53,132 nt of DNA from a bacterium (GTDB taxonomy: Bacteria; Patescibacteriota; Minisyncoccia; Phycocordibacterales; UBA9973): the NCBI GenBank assembly GCA_037132055.1, contig JBAXPX010000002.1, forward strand, positions 1 through 53,132, read 5' to 3'. Under the pieces are notes generated by a model. That model was not told the origin of the DNA. It worked only from the letters and a program-made list of their open reading frames with translations, and ran no database searches. This document shows positions 1-10,401 of this stretch, piece after piece. Position numbers and translations under genes: made by a program. The stretch's first letter is position 1. Each line of letters opens with the position of its first letter.

Positions 1-216
1 GAAAAAAATTATACAAAAAAGCAAACTATTCAAATTTTAAAGAGGTTAGTAAATTCATTAGAAAAAGGGAAGACATTTAGAATGCAAATTAAAAACAAGA
101 AGGTTTATATACCGAAAGAATCAGAAATCGAGATAGAATACGAGAAAGAAAAGAAAGACCTGTCTGCCGGTAGACATGGAGAAAAAATAGAAATTGAGAT
201 TAAATGGAAAAAATAA
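1..216 (+). CDS. 3-prime end of a CDS that starts upstream of the window (hypothetical; C-terminus ...GEKIEIEIKWKK resembles amphi-Trp-type small proteins)
   Basis: Frame 1 is open from base 1 to TAA at 214-216. It is not in the ORF track because no start lies in the window. The peptide is Lys/Glu-rich and ends in an alternating E-I-E-I-K-W pattern. Confidence 0.4.
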   Translation, partial: EKNYTKKQTIQILKRLVNSLEKGKTFRMQIKNKKVYIPKESEIEIEYEKEKKDLSAGRHGEKIEIEIKWKK

Positions 217-326
217 ATTTACCTGTCCCGTACTAAATTTTTGAGTAAATGTTATCATGATAAATATAGTTAGAAAGAAGAAAAATGCAAAAATTATTAG
301 TAAAAATTTAAAATTTTAGTACTGGG

Positions 327-818
327 ATGAAAATACCAATTGTAGATGAAAATGATAATATTATAGGTGTTAAAGACAGAGAAGAGAGAAACTTCAATGA
401 TATTATTCGTGTTGCAGTTATTTGGATAACTGATAAAAATGGCAACATTTTACTTCAGCAAAGAAAATTTAGTAAAAAAGTTAATCCAGGGAAATGGGGG
501 CCAGGAGTAGCAGGGACAGTTGAAGAAGGAGAAACTTACGAAAGTAACGCATATAAAGAATTAGAAGAAGAAATTGGAGTTAAAAATGTTTCTTTAACTA
601 AATCAAAAAAATTTTTTGGAGAAACAAATGTAGGAAGAAGATTTGCTCAGTTATTTTTGTGTGAGATTAGTAAGGATCAAGAATTAGTTCCACAAGAGGA
701 TGAAGTTCAAGAATTGAAATGGTTTTCCAAGGAAGAATTTATGAATTTTTATAAAGAAAAACCAGAAGAATTTCCTTCTTTAATAAAAGACCTTATAGAT
801 TTTTTTGGATATAAATAA
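327..818 (+). CDS. NUDIX hydrolase
   Basis: Nudix box GVAGTVEEGETYESNAYKELEEEIGV (GX5EX7REUXEEXGU-like); 163 aa. Confidence 0.8.
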   Translation: MKIPIVDENDNIIGVKDREERNFNDIIRVAVIWITDKNGNILLQQRKFSKKVNPGKWGPGVAGTVEEGETYESNAYKELEEEIGVKNVSLTKSKKFFGETNVGRRFAQLFLCEISKDQELVPQEDEVQELKWFSKEEFMNFYKEKPEEFPSLIKDLIDFFGYK

Positions 819-819
819 T

Positions 820-2109
820 ATGGAACAAATAAACTTAGACACAATTAAAAAGGTATATTTTATCGGAATCGGGGGGATTGGGATTTCGGCGTTGGCCAAA
901 TGGGTAAAAGCTCGTGGGCTCGAAGTGTCTGGGGTAAATGATGAAGAGGGGAAAACTGTCGATTCATTGAAAGAAATAGGAATTGAAATAGTTTTTAAAA
1001 AAGAATACAAGATTTTACTGGAGGCTGACTTGTATGTTTACTCTGACGCCTGGCTCAATAGGGGACCAGAGATTTTAGAAGCTGCAAAGAAAACAGGTAA
1101 ACCAGTGCTTTCATACGCCGAAGCGCTTGGAGTTTTTGCGAAAGATTATAAAGTAATCGCGATTTCTGGAACTCATGGAAAAACAACGACAACAGCCATG
1201 GTGGCAGATATTTTAATTGACGCAGGGTTAGACCCGACGGTTGTCGTGGGTTCTTTCATTAAAAAATTTAATTCAAACTTTAAGGAAGGTCACCCTTCGA
1301 CAAGCTCAGGGCAAGAAGCGAATTATTTAGTTGTAGAAGCGGATGAATACAATAGGCATATGCTAGAGCTTCATCCATACATTGGAGCGATAACAAATAT
1401 TGAGGCAGATCATTTGGATTGTTATAAAGATTTAGATGATATTAAAAGTGCTTTTGATAAGTTTCTTACCCAAAGTGAAAACAGAATTTTAAATTATGAA
1501 GAATATATAAGTAGGGTACCAAAACTTTCTGTCCCAGGAGAACACAATCGTCAAAACGGAGCTCTTGCTCTTGCCATAGCTCTGACTTTAGGGATAGATG
1601 AGAATATCGCCAAGAAATCACTTGAGAATTTCCAAGGTACCTGGCGTAGGCTTGAAAAAAGGGGAATGACAGAGGCCGGGACAATAATTTATGATGATTA
1701 CGCTCATCACCCGACCGAGGTTAGGGCTAGTCTTGAAGCTTTAAGAGAAATCTATCCACATGCTTCGCCAGAGGCCACGCAGGGCAAGCAAATTACTGTA
1801 GTATTTCAACCACATCTTTACAGCCGAACTAAAGCTTTATTTGATGACTTTGCCAAAGCTTTCCATGGGGCAGACATGATAGTTCTTTTGCCTATCTATT
1901 TTGCCCGGGAAAACCCTGATGAGTCTATTTCAAGTGGTAAGTTGGCCGAGGCGATATGCCAGAACGGGGACAAGGCAATAGCCTTTACAGATTTTGAGCT
2001 AGCGGAGGAGTATCTAAAAGGTCAGACTTTTGGAAAAGATGATGTTTTTGTAACCATGGGAGCAGGGGAAGCATATAAGATAGCGGATAAGGTTTTCCAC
2101 TTTAGTTAA
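820..2109 (+). CDS. murC: UDP-N-acetylmuramate--L-alanine ligase
   Basis: Motifs GIGGIGISALA, P-loop GTHGKTTTTAM, VVEADEY and TNIEADHLD. ATG at 820 follows directly after the Nudix stop and is preferred over the TTG at 805 used in the ORF track. Confidence 0.9.
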   Translation: MEQINLDTIKKVYFIGIGGIGISALAKWVKARGLEVSGVNDEEGKTVDSLKEIGIEIVFKKEYKILLEADLYVYSDAWLNRGPEILEAAKKTGKPVLSYAEALGVFAKDYKVIAISGTHGKTTTTAMVADILIDAGLDPTVVVGSFIKKFNSNFKEGHPSTSSGQEANYLVVEADEYNRHMLELHPYIGAITNIEADHLDCYKDLDDIKSAFDKFLTQSENRILNYEEYISRVPKLSVPGEHNRQNGALALAIALTLGIDENIAKKSLENFQGTWRRLEKRGMTEAGTIIYDDYAHHPTEVRASLEALREIYPHASPEATQGKQITVVFQPHLYSRTKALFDDFAKAFHGADMIVLLPIYFARENPDESISSGKLAEAICQNGDKAIAFTDFELAEEYLKGQTFGKDDVFVTMGAGEAYKIADKVFHFS

Positions 2110-2212
2110 ATTATCCCTATTTTGGCCTTATTTGTCAAGGAGATACATTGAAAATATCCTTATTTTTCAAGCTATTTTCAATTTGACATATGAAAAAATT
2201 GTTGCTTAACTA

Positions 2213-2241
2213 TTGACTTTTGATACTCAATATGCTAGTAT
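2213..2241 (+). promoter_or_regulatory. Sigma-70-like promoter candidate (TTGACT-17 nt-TAGTAT)
   Basis: -35 TTGACT at 2213-2218, 17-nt spacer, -10 TAGTAT at 2236-2241, about 95 nt upstream of the 2337 ATG. Confidence 0.35.
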
Positions 2242-2336
2242 ATAGACATGTCCTTCACTTTTAATAAAGTAAGGACTGCTTTCATTTAAAGCAGGAAATT
2301 CACAGATTTGATGTTGGCGGAGCAAAACCGCTTTAT

Positions 2337-2975
2337 ATGCAAAATAAAAAATTAATACGATTTGCGGAGTCATTCATTCTTTTACCAATAATGACGTTAT
2401 CAATGCCATCAGGGACTATCCCTAAAAATGATTTTGATACAACTGTTCAAGCTCCTCGGATAGTATTATCTCAAAAAGAGAATATTGGGCCCCTAAATCT
2501 ATTTGCTTTTAACCAAGCAGTAGACGAAAAGGCTAAAATCCTTAAGATCAAAGCTGATGCCGTAGATGCGTATTTCGAGTCGCATAGTATGCCACTTCAT
2601 GGTATGGGATTGAAATTAGTACAAGAAGCCGAAAACAACGATCTTGACTGGCGTCTTTTGGCTGCGATAGCTGTTCGAGAGTCTACTGGGGGTAAGTTTG
2701 ATTGTAAGAAAGTTGAAAATAATCCTTTTGGCTGGGGATCTTGTAAAATAGGTTTTGACACTATTGATGAATCTATTGAGACAGTAGCTAGGAATCTTGG
2801 TGGGAACAATCCCAACACTGCGTACCACTATTCTGGTAAGGATACCAAAGCAATACTTCAAAAATATAATCCACCGTCAATTGTACCAAGATATGCTCAG
2901 CAAGTGATGTCTATAATGAACGAAATTGGAAATGAAATTATAGTGCTTTCTGAAGAAACTAATAATAATACATAA
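2337..2975 (+). CDS. Secreted or anchored protein with a glucosaminidase/lysozyme-like domain (cell-wall hydrolase candidate)
   Basis: N-terminal hydrophobic segment. LDWRLLAAIAVRESTGGKF...NNPFGWGS resembles the muramidase/glucosaminidase fold motif (..ESGWG...N.FG). Confidence 0.45.
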   Translation: MQNKKLIRFAESFILLPIMTLSMPSGTIPKNDFDTTVQAPRIVLSQKENIGPLNLFAFNQAVDEKAKILKIKADAVDAYFESHSMPLHGMGLKLVQEAENNDLDWRLLAAIAVRESTGGKFDCKKVENNPFGWGSCKIGFDTIDESIETVARNLGGNNPNTAYHYSGKDTKAILQKYNPPSIVPRYAQQVMSIMNEIGNEIIVLSEETNNNT

Positions 2976-2985
2976 TAAACAAAAA

Positions 2986-3005
2986 CCCCTGTCAGATGAC
3001 AGGGG
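2986..3005. terminator. Bidirectional rho-independent terminator between convergent genes
   Basis: Hairpin cccctgtc-agat-gacagggg, flanked by an A-run upstream and a T-run downstream. Confidence 0.7.
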
Positions 3006-3018
3006 TTTTTGTTTTGGC

Positions 3019-4107
3019 TTATTCAAGGTGAATCAAAGTCATCTTGTGGTTTTTTGGTTCAAATAGTGTTATTTGGAAATTGTATTTCTTTCCAAGCTCT
3101 AATTTTTCTCTAAGTTTTGATTCAGAAGTAAAGGTTGAGTTGTGAACAAGGCCAGCCACTCCTTCTTTTATAGAGACAAGTGCGCCATGTTTGTTGTATT
3201 TGATTATTACCCCTTCGATAATGTCTCCTTTTTTTAGTTTTCCTTCAAATTCTTTCCATGGATTTTCCTTCAATGCTTTTATTGAAAGAGAAATTTTACC
3301 GTCTTTGATTTCTATGATTTTTGCTCGTATTTTATCTCCTACTTTGAACATTGAACGAGGATCCTCTACAAGACCCCAGTCTAGTTCAGAGATATGAACG
3401 AGTCCCTCTAGTCCATCTTCCAATTTCAAAAACATTCCGAAATCAACAATTCCTGCGATAGTGCATTCTAGTTCATCACCGATATTGTATTTACTCAAAA
3501 TTTCTTTTTTCTCTTCAGGGTTGTTGTCTTTTTCAGAAAAGATTAGTTTTCCTTCTTTTGGAAGTGTAGAAATAATAGTAACTCCAATTTTCTGGCCAAC
3601 GAGCTTCTTTAGTTCTTTTAATATTTTGTCTTTGTCAGAGTCTTCTACTCTTGGATAATGCTCTGCTTTAAGTTGAGATGCAGGCAAAAACCCTTGTATT
3701 CCTTGCCATTCTAGTATCAATCCACCCTTATTTGCGTCTTTGATATCTAGATTCATTATAGTCTTTGCTTTTATTGCTTTTTCTGCGTCGTTCCAAATGA
3801 GAGCTTGTTTAGCTTCTCGTAATGAAAGCTCAGTATAACCATCTTCATTTTCCGCTTCTACGACTTTTGCTTTTACAATATCACCGAGACTTATTTTTTT
3901 GATAATGTCTTTGGCGTTTATAAATTCACGACCGTAAATAATACCTGTTCCGAAAGGTGACAAGTCCACGAAAACTGATGATTTTTGAATAAAAATCACT
4001 GGACCCTCGACAAGTGAATCATTTTCTGGCCTGTGAGCACTTCGATCAGTGATCGATTTTAAAACCGGATTCTCTTTTTCGTCTTTTATAATTTCTTCTT
4101 TTTTCAT
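3019..4107 (-). CDS. rpsA: 30S ribosomal protein S1 (four S1 domains, short form)
   Basis: Repeated S1 OB-fold modules (G..v.G.V......G.fV.l..g.eGl.h.Se) seen four times in 362 aa. Confidence 0.8.
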   Translation of the reverse strand: MKKEEIIKDEKENPVLKSITDRSAHRPENDSLVEGPVIFIQKSSVFVDLSPFGTGIIYGREFINAKDIIKKISLGDIVKAKVVEAENEDGYTELSLREAKQALIWNDAEKAIKAKTIMNLDIKDANKGGLILEWQGIQGFLPASQLKAEHYPRVEDSDKDKILKELKKLVGQKIGVTIISTLPKEGKLIFSEKDNNPEEKKEILSKYNIGDELECTIAGIVDFGMFLKLEDGLEGLVHISELDWGLVEDPRSMFKVGDKIRAKIIEIKDGKISLSIKALKENPWKEFEGKLKKGDIIEGVIIKYNKHGALVSIKEGVAGLVHNSTFTSESKLREKLELGKKYNFQITLFEPKNHKMTLIHLE

Positions 4108-4273
4108 AAATTTCTAACAAAAAATCCGCTATAAAGCGGATATAAGGTTTAGGTTTTATCTTTGCTTTCGCTTTGATAGTGTTACCCTAAATCCGTGCTT
4201 TTAATAAAATTTAAGTTGTGTAGTCATACTACTATAAATATAAAAAAAAGCAAGTATTTTTGTGAGGAAAAAG

Positions 4274-4936
4274 ATGATTTTTATTTTATTTTTTGCTATA
4301 ATATACCTAATGATAATTACATATTTCGGGAAACAATTTTTTAAGATCACACAAGGTGACATGGCTATCGCTTTTAACCCAGTTAGTAAAAGCTCCAAAA
4401 CAGGGATTTCAGCTAAGTTTGGGGCAGATATTGGCCTTGTTGCTACCAATCATCCAGATTACAACGGAGCGGACCAGCTTTCTCATGGAGACAGAGCTCC
4501 TTTTATAATTTCTGGTCCTGGAGACTATGAAGTAAAAGAAATTTTTATAAAGGGTATTGTTTCTAACGCTTTAATAGGAGGCAAGAAATATATCAATACC
4601 ATTTATTTGCTTTCTGTTGATAGTATAAATATTGCATTTTTGGGTGCCTTGTCAGATCCTGAGTTGTCAAAAGAAGCCCGTGAAGCCATAAGTGAACCAG
4701 ACATACTATTTATTCCAGTTGGAGGAAAAGGGGAATTTAATGTAAAACAATCTGCAAAAATTGCTTCTTCTTTAGAGCCAAAATTAATTATCCCAATGGA
4801 TTATGATAGTGATACTCTGAAGTCTTTTTTAAAGGAACTAGGAGAAGAAAAAGCAGAAGTGGTAGATAAATTAACATTAAAAAGAAAAGATTTGGAGGGG
4901 AAAGAAGGTGAAGTGATTGTTCTAAAGCCAATTTAA
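4274..4936 (+). CDS. MBL-fold (beta-lactamase-like) protein with a degenerate metal motif, N-terminal membrane anchor
   Basis: ADIGLVATNHPDYNG sits in place of the HxHxDH motif. The C-terminal LIIPMDYD is typical of the UPF0173-like MBL fold. ATG at 4274 is preceded by AGGA; the ORF track uses GTG at 4262. Confidence 0.4.
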   Translation: MIFILFFAIIYLMIITYFGKQFFKITQGDMAIAFNPVSKSSKTGISAKFGADIGLVATNHPDYNGADQLSHGDRAPFIISGPGDYEVKEIFIKGIVSNALIGGKKYINTIYLLSVDSINIAFLGALSDPELSKEAREAISEPDILFIPVGGKGEFNVKQSAKIASSLEPKLIIPMDYDSDTLKSFLKELGEEKAEVVDKLTLKRKDLEGKEGEVIVLKPI

Positions 4937-4938
4937 CA

Positions 4939-5163
4939 ATGAAAAAAATAATTAACAACTTAAGAAATCAACCAGAAGACACAAGGAGACATATCTTACA
5001 CATTATAACTTTTGGTTTTGGGATTATTTTGATAATTATTTGGATTTATTCTTTGGGTAGAACTGTTACAAGTACTGAAACAAAAACACAAATCCAACAA
5101 GATTTAAAACCCTTTACAATGCTAAAAGACACAATAGTTAACAATAGTGATAATGAAAATTAA
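4939..5163 (+). CDS. Small single-pass membrane protein (hypothetical)
   Basis: 74 aa with one hydrophobic helix (ILHIITFGFGIILIIIWIY); start is tightly spaced after the upstream stop. Confidence 0.4.
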   Translation: MKKIINNLRNQPEDTRRHILHIITFGFGIILIIIWIYSLGRTVTSTETKTQIQQDLKPFTMLKDTIVNNSDNEN

Positions 5164-5177
5164 TTTTATAAATAATT

Positions 5178-7640
5178 ATGGCAAAAAAATCTGACAATCA
5201 AGTTGAAGAAGTATTGAGAAAAGATGGAATAATACCGGTAGATATAGTATCTGAGATGAAAGAGTCTTATTTGGCATATGCAATGTCTGTCATTACAGCG
5301 CGAGCATTGCCAGATGTCAGGGATGGGTTAAAGCCAGTGCATCGTAGAATCTTATATGCAATGCACGAAATGGGGCTCACTTCTTCTGCACGTTTTAGAA
5401 AATCTGCAGCAGTAGTGGGAGATGTGCTTGGGAAATATCATCCCCATGGGGATACGGCTGTTTATGATTCTATGGTTGGAATGGCTCAAGAATTTTCTTA
5501 TAGATATCCTTTGGTGTTGGGACAAGGTAACTTTGGCTCTATTGATGGTGACAATGCTGCAGCTATGCGTTATACAGAAGCAAAAATGTCCAAAATATCT
5601 TCTGAACTTTTGCGTGACTTAGAAAAAGAGACGATTGATTTTCGTCCAAACTACGATCAAACAAGAAAAGAACCAATAGTATTTCCTGCAGCAGTGCCAT
5701 CACTTCTGTTGAACGGAACTCTTGGTATTGCTGTCGGTATGGCTACGAATATTCCGTCACACAATTTAGCTGAGGTAGTAGACGCGACAGTACACCTAAT
5801 AGAAGATGAAGATGCGACCACTGAGGACTTGATGCAATTTATAAAAGGTCCAGACTTTCCGACAGGTGGTATCGCCTACGGTTACAAAGATATGCTTCAC
5901 GCATATTCTACTGGTCGTGGAGGTGTTGTTTGTCGTGGAGAGGCTGAAATAATAGAAACAAAAGGAGGAATGTTTCAGATTATTATCACTTCTATTCCTT
6001 TTCGTGTAAACAAGGCAAACCTCATAATGGCTATAGCCGAACTCGTACAAGAGAAGAAACTAGATGGCATAAAAGGACTACGAGACGAATCCACAAAGGA
6101 CATAAGAGTTGTTATTGATTTAAAAAATGGAGCACATCCGGAAAAAATATTAAATTATATTTATAAAAACACTCAACTCGAATCAAATTTTAATTTTAAT
6201 ATTGTTGCGCTTGTTGATGGGGTACCACAAACATTATCACTAAAATCAATTCTTTTGGAATTTATTTCTCATAGAAAAGAAATAATAAAAAGAAGGTCAC
6301 AATTTGATTTGAAAAGAGCAGAAGAACGCGAGCACATACTTCTTGGGCTCAAAAAAGCTCTTGATAAAATTGACCGTGTGATTAGTGTTATACGTGGCTC
6401 AAAAGATGCTGGGCTAGCAAAGATAAATCTAATGAAAGAATTCAAGTTTTCTGAACTTCAAACGATAGCTATATTGGAGATGAGGTTGCAGAAGCTTGCA
6501 GGATTGGAAAGGAAGGCAGTTGAAAACGAATTGGAAGAAAAACAGAATTTTATAAAAGAAATGAAAGAACTTTTAGCAAGTCCAAAGAAAATGCTAAATA
6601 TTGTTTCTAAAGAGTTAAAAGAAATTCGTGAAAAATATGCTGATGATCGTAGAACTAAAATAGTAAAAGGCGGAGTCAAAGAAATAAATGATGAAGACCT
6701 GATTCCAGAGAAAGATACAATGCTGGTCTTTACTGCTGGTGGGTATGTTAAACGCACAGATCCTAGTGAATATCATTCACAAAAACGTGGTGGAGTAGGC
6801 GTTGTTGACCTTGAAACAAAAGAAGAAGATTTTGTTACTATGCTTGTTTCTGGGTCTACTCATAGCGATCTGTTGTTTTTCACAAACTTAGGAAAAGCAT
6901 ATCAGATGAAGATGTATGATATTCCAGAAGGTAGACGTGCCACAAAAGGCAAATCAGTCATGAACTTTCTTTCTTTGGGAGGAGATGAAAAAGTAACTTC
7001 CATTTTATTGTTTCCAAAAGAGATAAAGAAGTCCCCAGTGTCTTTGATGCTTGTGACAAAAAATGGTGTAGCCAAAAAAATGTCAGCAGAAAGTTTCCAA
7101 GATGTCAGAAGAAGTGGCATTATAGCTATTCGTCTTGATAAGGGGGATCAGCTCGTACAGGCACTAATCACAGACAAGGGTGATGAGGTTATGGTCGCTA
7201 CTTCTGGAGGACAGTCAATAAGGTTTAAAGAGAGTGACATTAGAGAAATGGGTCGTACAGCAGGTGGAGTACGCGGTATCAAGCTTGGTAAAAGTGACGA
7301 AATTATAGGAGTTGATGTCGTCAAAAAAGACAATAAAAATGGTGCATTTTTAACAATGAGTGCAAATGGTTTTGGTAAAAAAACAGCCCTAAAAGAATAT
7401 AAGGTACAAAAGCGTGGTGGTTCTGGTATAAAAACAGCAAAAGTCACACCAAAGACTGGAAAACTCATAGTGGCTAAAGTTTTAAGCGGGGAAGAAGAAG
7501 AACTTATCGCTATGTCTAAAAAGGGGCAGGTCATCAGGACAGCACTAAAAGATATCCCATCGCTTGGGCGTCAGACTCAGGGAGTCACCGTCATGCGACT
7601 TCGTGCGGGAGATGGCATAGCATCTGTTGCATGTGTATAA
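5178..7640 (+). CDS. gyrA: DNA gyrase subunit A
   Basis: [26 protein letters not shown], catalytic AAMRYTE and the C-terminal beta-pinwheel repeats; 820 aa. Confidence 0.95.
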   Translation: MAKKSDNQVEEVLRKDGIIPVDIVSEMKESYLAYAMSVITARALPDVRDGLKPVHRRILYAMHEMGLTSSARFRKSAAVVGDVLGKYHPHGDTAVYDSMVGMAQEFSYRYPLVLGQGNFGSIDGDNAAAMRYTEAKMSKISSELLRDLEKETIDFRPNYDQTRKEPIVFPAAVPSLLLNGTLGIAVGMATNIPSHNLAEVVDATVHLIEDEDATTEDLMQFIKGPDFPTGGIAYGYKDMLHAYSTGRGGVVCRGEAEIIETKGGMFQIIITSIPFRVNKANLIMAIAELVQEKKLDGIKGLRDESTKDIRVVIDLKNGAHPEKILNYIYKNTQLESNFNFNIVALVDGVPQTLSLKSILLEFISHRKEIIKRRSQFDLKRAEEREHILLGLKKALDKIDRVISVIRGSKDAGLAKINLMKEFKFSELQTIAILEMRLQKLAGLERKAVENELEEKQNFIKEMKELLASPKKMLNIVSKELKEIREKYADDRRTKIVKGGVKEINDEDLIPEKDTMLVFTAGGYVKRTDPSEYHSQKRGGVGVVDLETKEEDFVTMLVSGSTHSDLLFFTNLGKAYQMKMYDIPEGRRATKGKSVMNFLSLGGDEKVTSILLFPKEIKKSPVSLMLVTKNGVAKKMSAESFQDVRRSGIIAIRLDKGDQLVQALITDKGDEVMVATSGGQSIRFKESDIREMGRTAGGVRGIKLGKSDEIIGVDVVKKDNKNGAFLTMSANGFGKKTALKEYKVQKRGGSGIKTAKVTPKTGKLIVAKVLSGEEEELIAMSKKGQVIRTALKDIPSLGRQTQGVTVMRLRAGDGIASVACV

Positions 7641-7672
7641 TTTTTCTAAAATTATTGTGTTATAATTAAATC

Positions 7673-8200
7673 ATGTTCACTGATCCGATTAAAAATTTAA
7701 AAGCGTTCGGACTTCGAGACGATATGGTTGTAGCAGATTTGGGTGCAGGAACTGGATTTTATTCTATAGCAGCAGCACAGATGGTGCCAAGGGGAAAAGT
7801 TTATGCAATAGAAATAATAAAAGATTTTTTAACTAGTATTAAAAATAAAGCCAAAGAAGCCCATTTGAACAATATGGAGTGTTTTTGGGGCAACATAGAA
7901 AAGATCGGAGGGACACAAATAAAAGATAAAGTTGTAGATGCAGTTATCGCTTCGAATATACTTTTTCAAGTTGAAAACAAAGATAAATTTATTGATGAGG
8001 CAAAAAGAATTTTAAAACCAGATGGCAAAATGCTCCTTATTGATTGGTCTGATGACATATCATCTATTGGAGCATCTTTAGATAAATCAATTTCAGAGAA
8101 GCAAGCACGAGAAATGTTTGAGAGAAAAGGTTTTACATTAGACAGAGAAATAGATGCGGGGAATCATCATTATGGAATGATTTTAAAAAACAGCAAATAA
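7673..8200 (+). CDS. Class I SAM-dependent methyltransferase
   Basis: Motif I VADLGAGTGFYS; post-I acidic E; LKPDGKMLLIDW. Confidence 0.75.
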   Translation: MFTDPIKNLKAFGLRDDMVVADLGAGTGFYSIAAAQMVPRGKVYAIEIIKDFLTSIKNKAKEAHLNNMECFWGNIEKIGGTQIKDKVVDAVIASNILFQVENKDKFIDEAKRILKPDGKMLLIDWSDDISSIGASLDKSISEKQAREMFERKGFTLDREIDAGNHHYGMILKNSK

Positions 8201-8201
8201 A

Positions 8202-9494
8202 ATGAAAGGAAATTTTCAAATTATAATCATTGTTATATTCATCGCAGCAGCTATTTTTGGTATTTTGGTTTTTTCTGGAACTATTCCGATAGGTAATAAA
8301 AATAATTCTAATGCTCAAGGCACAGTAGTAATTTGGGGTACAGCGAAAAGTGATGCAGTTTCTTTGGCTCTAGAGAATTTTAATCGTTCGAATAAAACGT
8401 TTATCGTGAAATATGTTCAAAAATTTCCAGAGACTTTTGATCAAGATTTATTAGAAGCTCTCGCCTCAGGGGTTGGTCCTGATATGTTTTTTTTATCTGA
8501 GGATTTAGCCTTCAAATACAGCAATAAAATATACACGATACCATATCAAAGCTTTCCGCTTGCTTCATTTAAAAATACTTTTGCAGGAGCGGGAGAAATA
8601 TTTTTGACATCAAAAGGTATTTTAGCTTTTCCAATATCTGTAGATCCACTAATGATGTATTATAACCGCAGTATTTTAGATGCCAATTCCATTATATATC
8701 CTCCAGTTTATTGGGATGAATTTGCCGATTTGGTACCTATTTTAACAAAAAGAGATGAGTCTGGAAAAATTATTCAAAGTACCGTAGCAATGGGACAATT
8801 TTCAAATATTTTTAATGCAAAAGACATAATTTCTACTTTATTTATGCAAGTTGGCAATCCTATAGTTTCTGAAAAAAATGGATTTTTTTCGTCTGTTTTG
8901 GGTGAAAGTAGCTCAAGTTATAATCTGGCAAATACTTTAAAGTTTTACACGAATTTTGCTGATCCGCTTCAGAGCGTTTATTCATGGAATAAATCATTAG
9001 CGAATTCTAGGGATGCTTTTAGTGCAGAGAAGTTAGCATTTTATTTTGGCTATGCAAGTGAGTTGCCGTCATTGATAAGTAAAAATCCAAATCAAAATTT
9101 TCTAGTTGCGTCTATGCCACAAATAAGAAATAGTAAATTTAAATTAACTTCTGGTCATGTCACTGGTATCGCCATATCTTCTTTTTCTAAAAATTTTAAC
9201 ACGGCTTTTACCGCAGCGAGCCTGATGTCAACAGGGGACTTTGCTTCTAAGTTTGCTGAAGTTGTAAATAGTACTCCAGCGAGACGTGATTTACTTGCAG
9301 TAAAAAAGACAGACGCATTTGCTCCCATTTTTTATGCCTCTACTTTATATGCAAAGAGCTGGCTCGATCCTTCTTCGTCAGACACTGACAATATATTTCG
9401 TGTTATGGTTGATGGTGTACTTTCGAACAACATGTCTACGGAAAATGCCGTAAAAGATGCCAGTGGTAAACTAAATTTATTGTTTATTAAATAA
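8202..9494 (+). CDS. Membrane-anchored extracellular solute-binding-protein-like protein
   Basis: N-terminal TM helix. The overall size and motifs (VVIWGT..., DMFFLSEDL..., PISVDPLMMYYN) resemble ABC-type sugar-binding proteins. No permease or ATPase gene is adjacent. Confidence 0.5.
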   Translation: MKGNFQIIIIVIFIAAAIFGILVFSGTIPIGNKNNSNAQGTVVIWGTAKSDAVSLALENFNRSNKTFIVKYVQKFPETFDQDLLEALASGVGPDMFFLSEDLAFKYSNKIYTIPYQSFPLASFKNTFAGAGEIFLTSKGILAFPISVDPLMMYYNRSILDANSIIYPPVYWDEFADLVPILTKRDESGKIIQSTVAMGQFSNIFNAKDIISTLFMQVGNPIVSEKNGFFSSVLGESSSSYNLANTLKFYTNFADPLQSVYSWNKSLANSRDAFSAEKLAFYFGYASELPSLISKNPNQNFLVASMPQIRNSKFKLTSGHVTGIAISSFSKNFNTAFTAASLMSTGDFASKFAEVVNSTPARRDLLAVKKTDAFAPIFYASTLYAKSWLDPSSSDTDNIFRVMVDGVLSNNMSTENAVKDASGKLNLLFIK

Positions 9495-9496
9495 TT

Positions 9497-9964
9497 ATGC
9501 ATAAGACGACATTTTTAAATAAAAATAAAAAAAATACAGCAGGACTATTATTTTTTGTTTTTTTATTTTCGATTTTAATTTACCCGATTTCTTCTTTTGC
9601 AGAACCAAGCAATTTGATTCCTTGTGGTACAGAGAAAACTCCTTTTGAAATGAAAGATGGCAAACAAGTAGGTGGAGAGATAATAAATCCTTGCGAAAAA
9701 AATGGTATTAAATATTTATTGGAAATGGTGAATAAAGTTATTCATTTTATTCTTTTTACTCTAGCTGTACCTATAGCTGCCATACTCTTTGCTTATGCTG
9801 GTTTTATGCTTATAACATCTGGTGGTGAAGTTGGTAAAAAGAAAAAAGCACTGGGTGTTTTCTGGCATGTGGGGTTAGGTTTGGTTATAGTTATTGCTTC
9901 TTGGCTTATTATAAGTACGATATTGTCTATTTTGGGATACAATGGTTCTTGGATAGGATTTTAA
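9497..9964 (+). CDS. VirB2/TrbC-like (type IV secretion pilin-like) small membrane protein, paralog 1
   Basis: Signal peptide (...ISSFA/EP), a Cys pair, then two hydrophobic helices separated by a charged loop (SGGEVGKKKKA). Confidence 0.6.
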   Translation: MHKTTFLNKNKKNTAGLLFFVFLFSILIYPISSFAEPSNLIPCGTEKTPFEMKDGKQVGGEIINPCEKNGIKYLLEMVNKVIHFILFTLAVPIAAILFAYAGFMLITSGGEVGKKKKALGVFWHVGLGLVIVIASWLIISTILSILGYNGSWIGF

Positions 9965-9990
9965 AATAGTGTATAATTTTCAGATCTCTT

Positions 9991-10386
9991 ATGATTAAGA
10001 CTAAATTTATAAATTGGACAAATTATTTTAATAAGAAATCATACATTGTTTCTGTATTTATTGTAGGTATCTTTTTGCCATTTATTTTTGTTTTTGCTCA
10101 AGGAGAGTCATGTGATCCTGGCTTGGGGAAGATTTGTAATCCAATAAGTGCTACGTCTATAACAGAATTAATAAGAACCATCTTGGAAGGGGTTGTAAAA
10201 ATAGGTATTCCCGTTATCGCTCTCGCTATAATTTATTGTGGTTTCCTTTTTGTTCAAGCCAGAGGAAAGCCAGGTGAGATCGAAAGAGCAAGGAATTCAT
10301 TGATTTATACATTGCTTGGGGCAGCGATAATACTTGGGGCATGGGCAATAGCTCAACTTATAACCGAAACAGTTCTCGCATTATAA
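9991..10386 (+). CDS. VirB2/TrbC-like pilin-like protein, paralog 2
   Basis: Signal peptide (...FVFA/QG), a Cys pair, and helix-loop(ARGKPGEIERAR)-helix topology. Confidence 0.6.
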   Translation: MIKTKFINWTNYFNKKSYIVSVFIVGIFLPFIFVFAQGESCDPGLGKICNPISATSITELIRTILEGVVKIGIPVIALAIIYCGFLFVQARGKPGEIERARNSLIYTLLGAAIILGAWAIAQLITETVLAL

Positions 10387-10401
10387 ATTAACTTTATTTT
10401 T

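Noticed and set aside
805-819. ORF-track start (TTG at 805) for murC, overlapping the Nudix gene end.
   Set aside because: ATG at 820 follows immediately after the Nudix stop and gives a normal MurC N-terminus. The extension adds only MDINN.
2242-2336. Possible riboswitch or leader RNA in the ~95-nt 5-prime UTR of the cell-wall hydrolase-like gene (hairpins gtcctt...aaggac and tgcttt...aaagca).
   Set aside because: I could not match it to any riboswitch consensus I know (for example ydaO/c-di-AMP). The short AT-rich hairpins could arise by chance.
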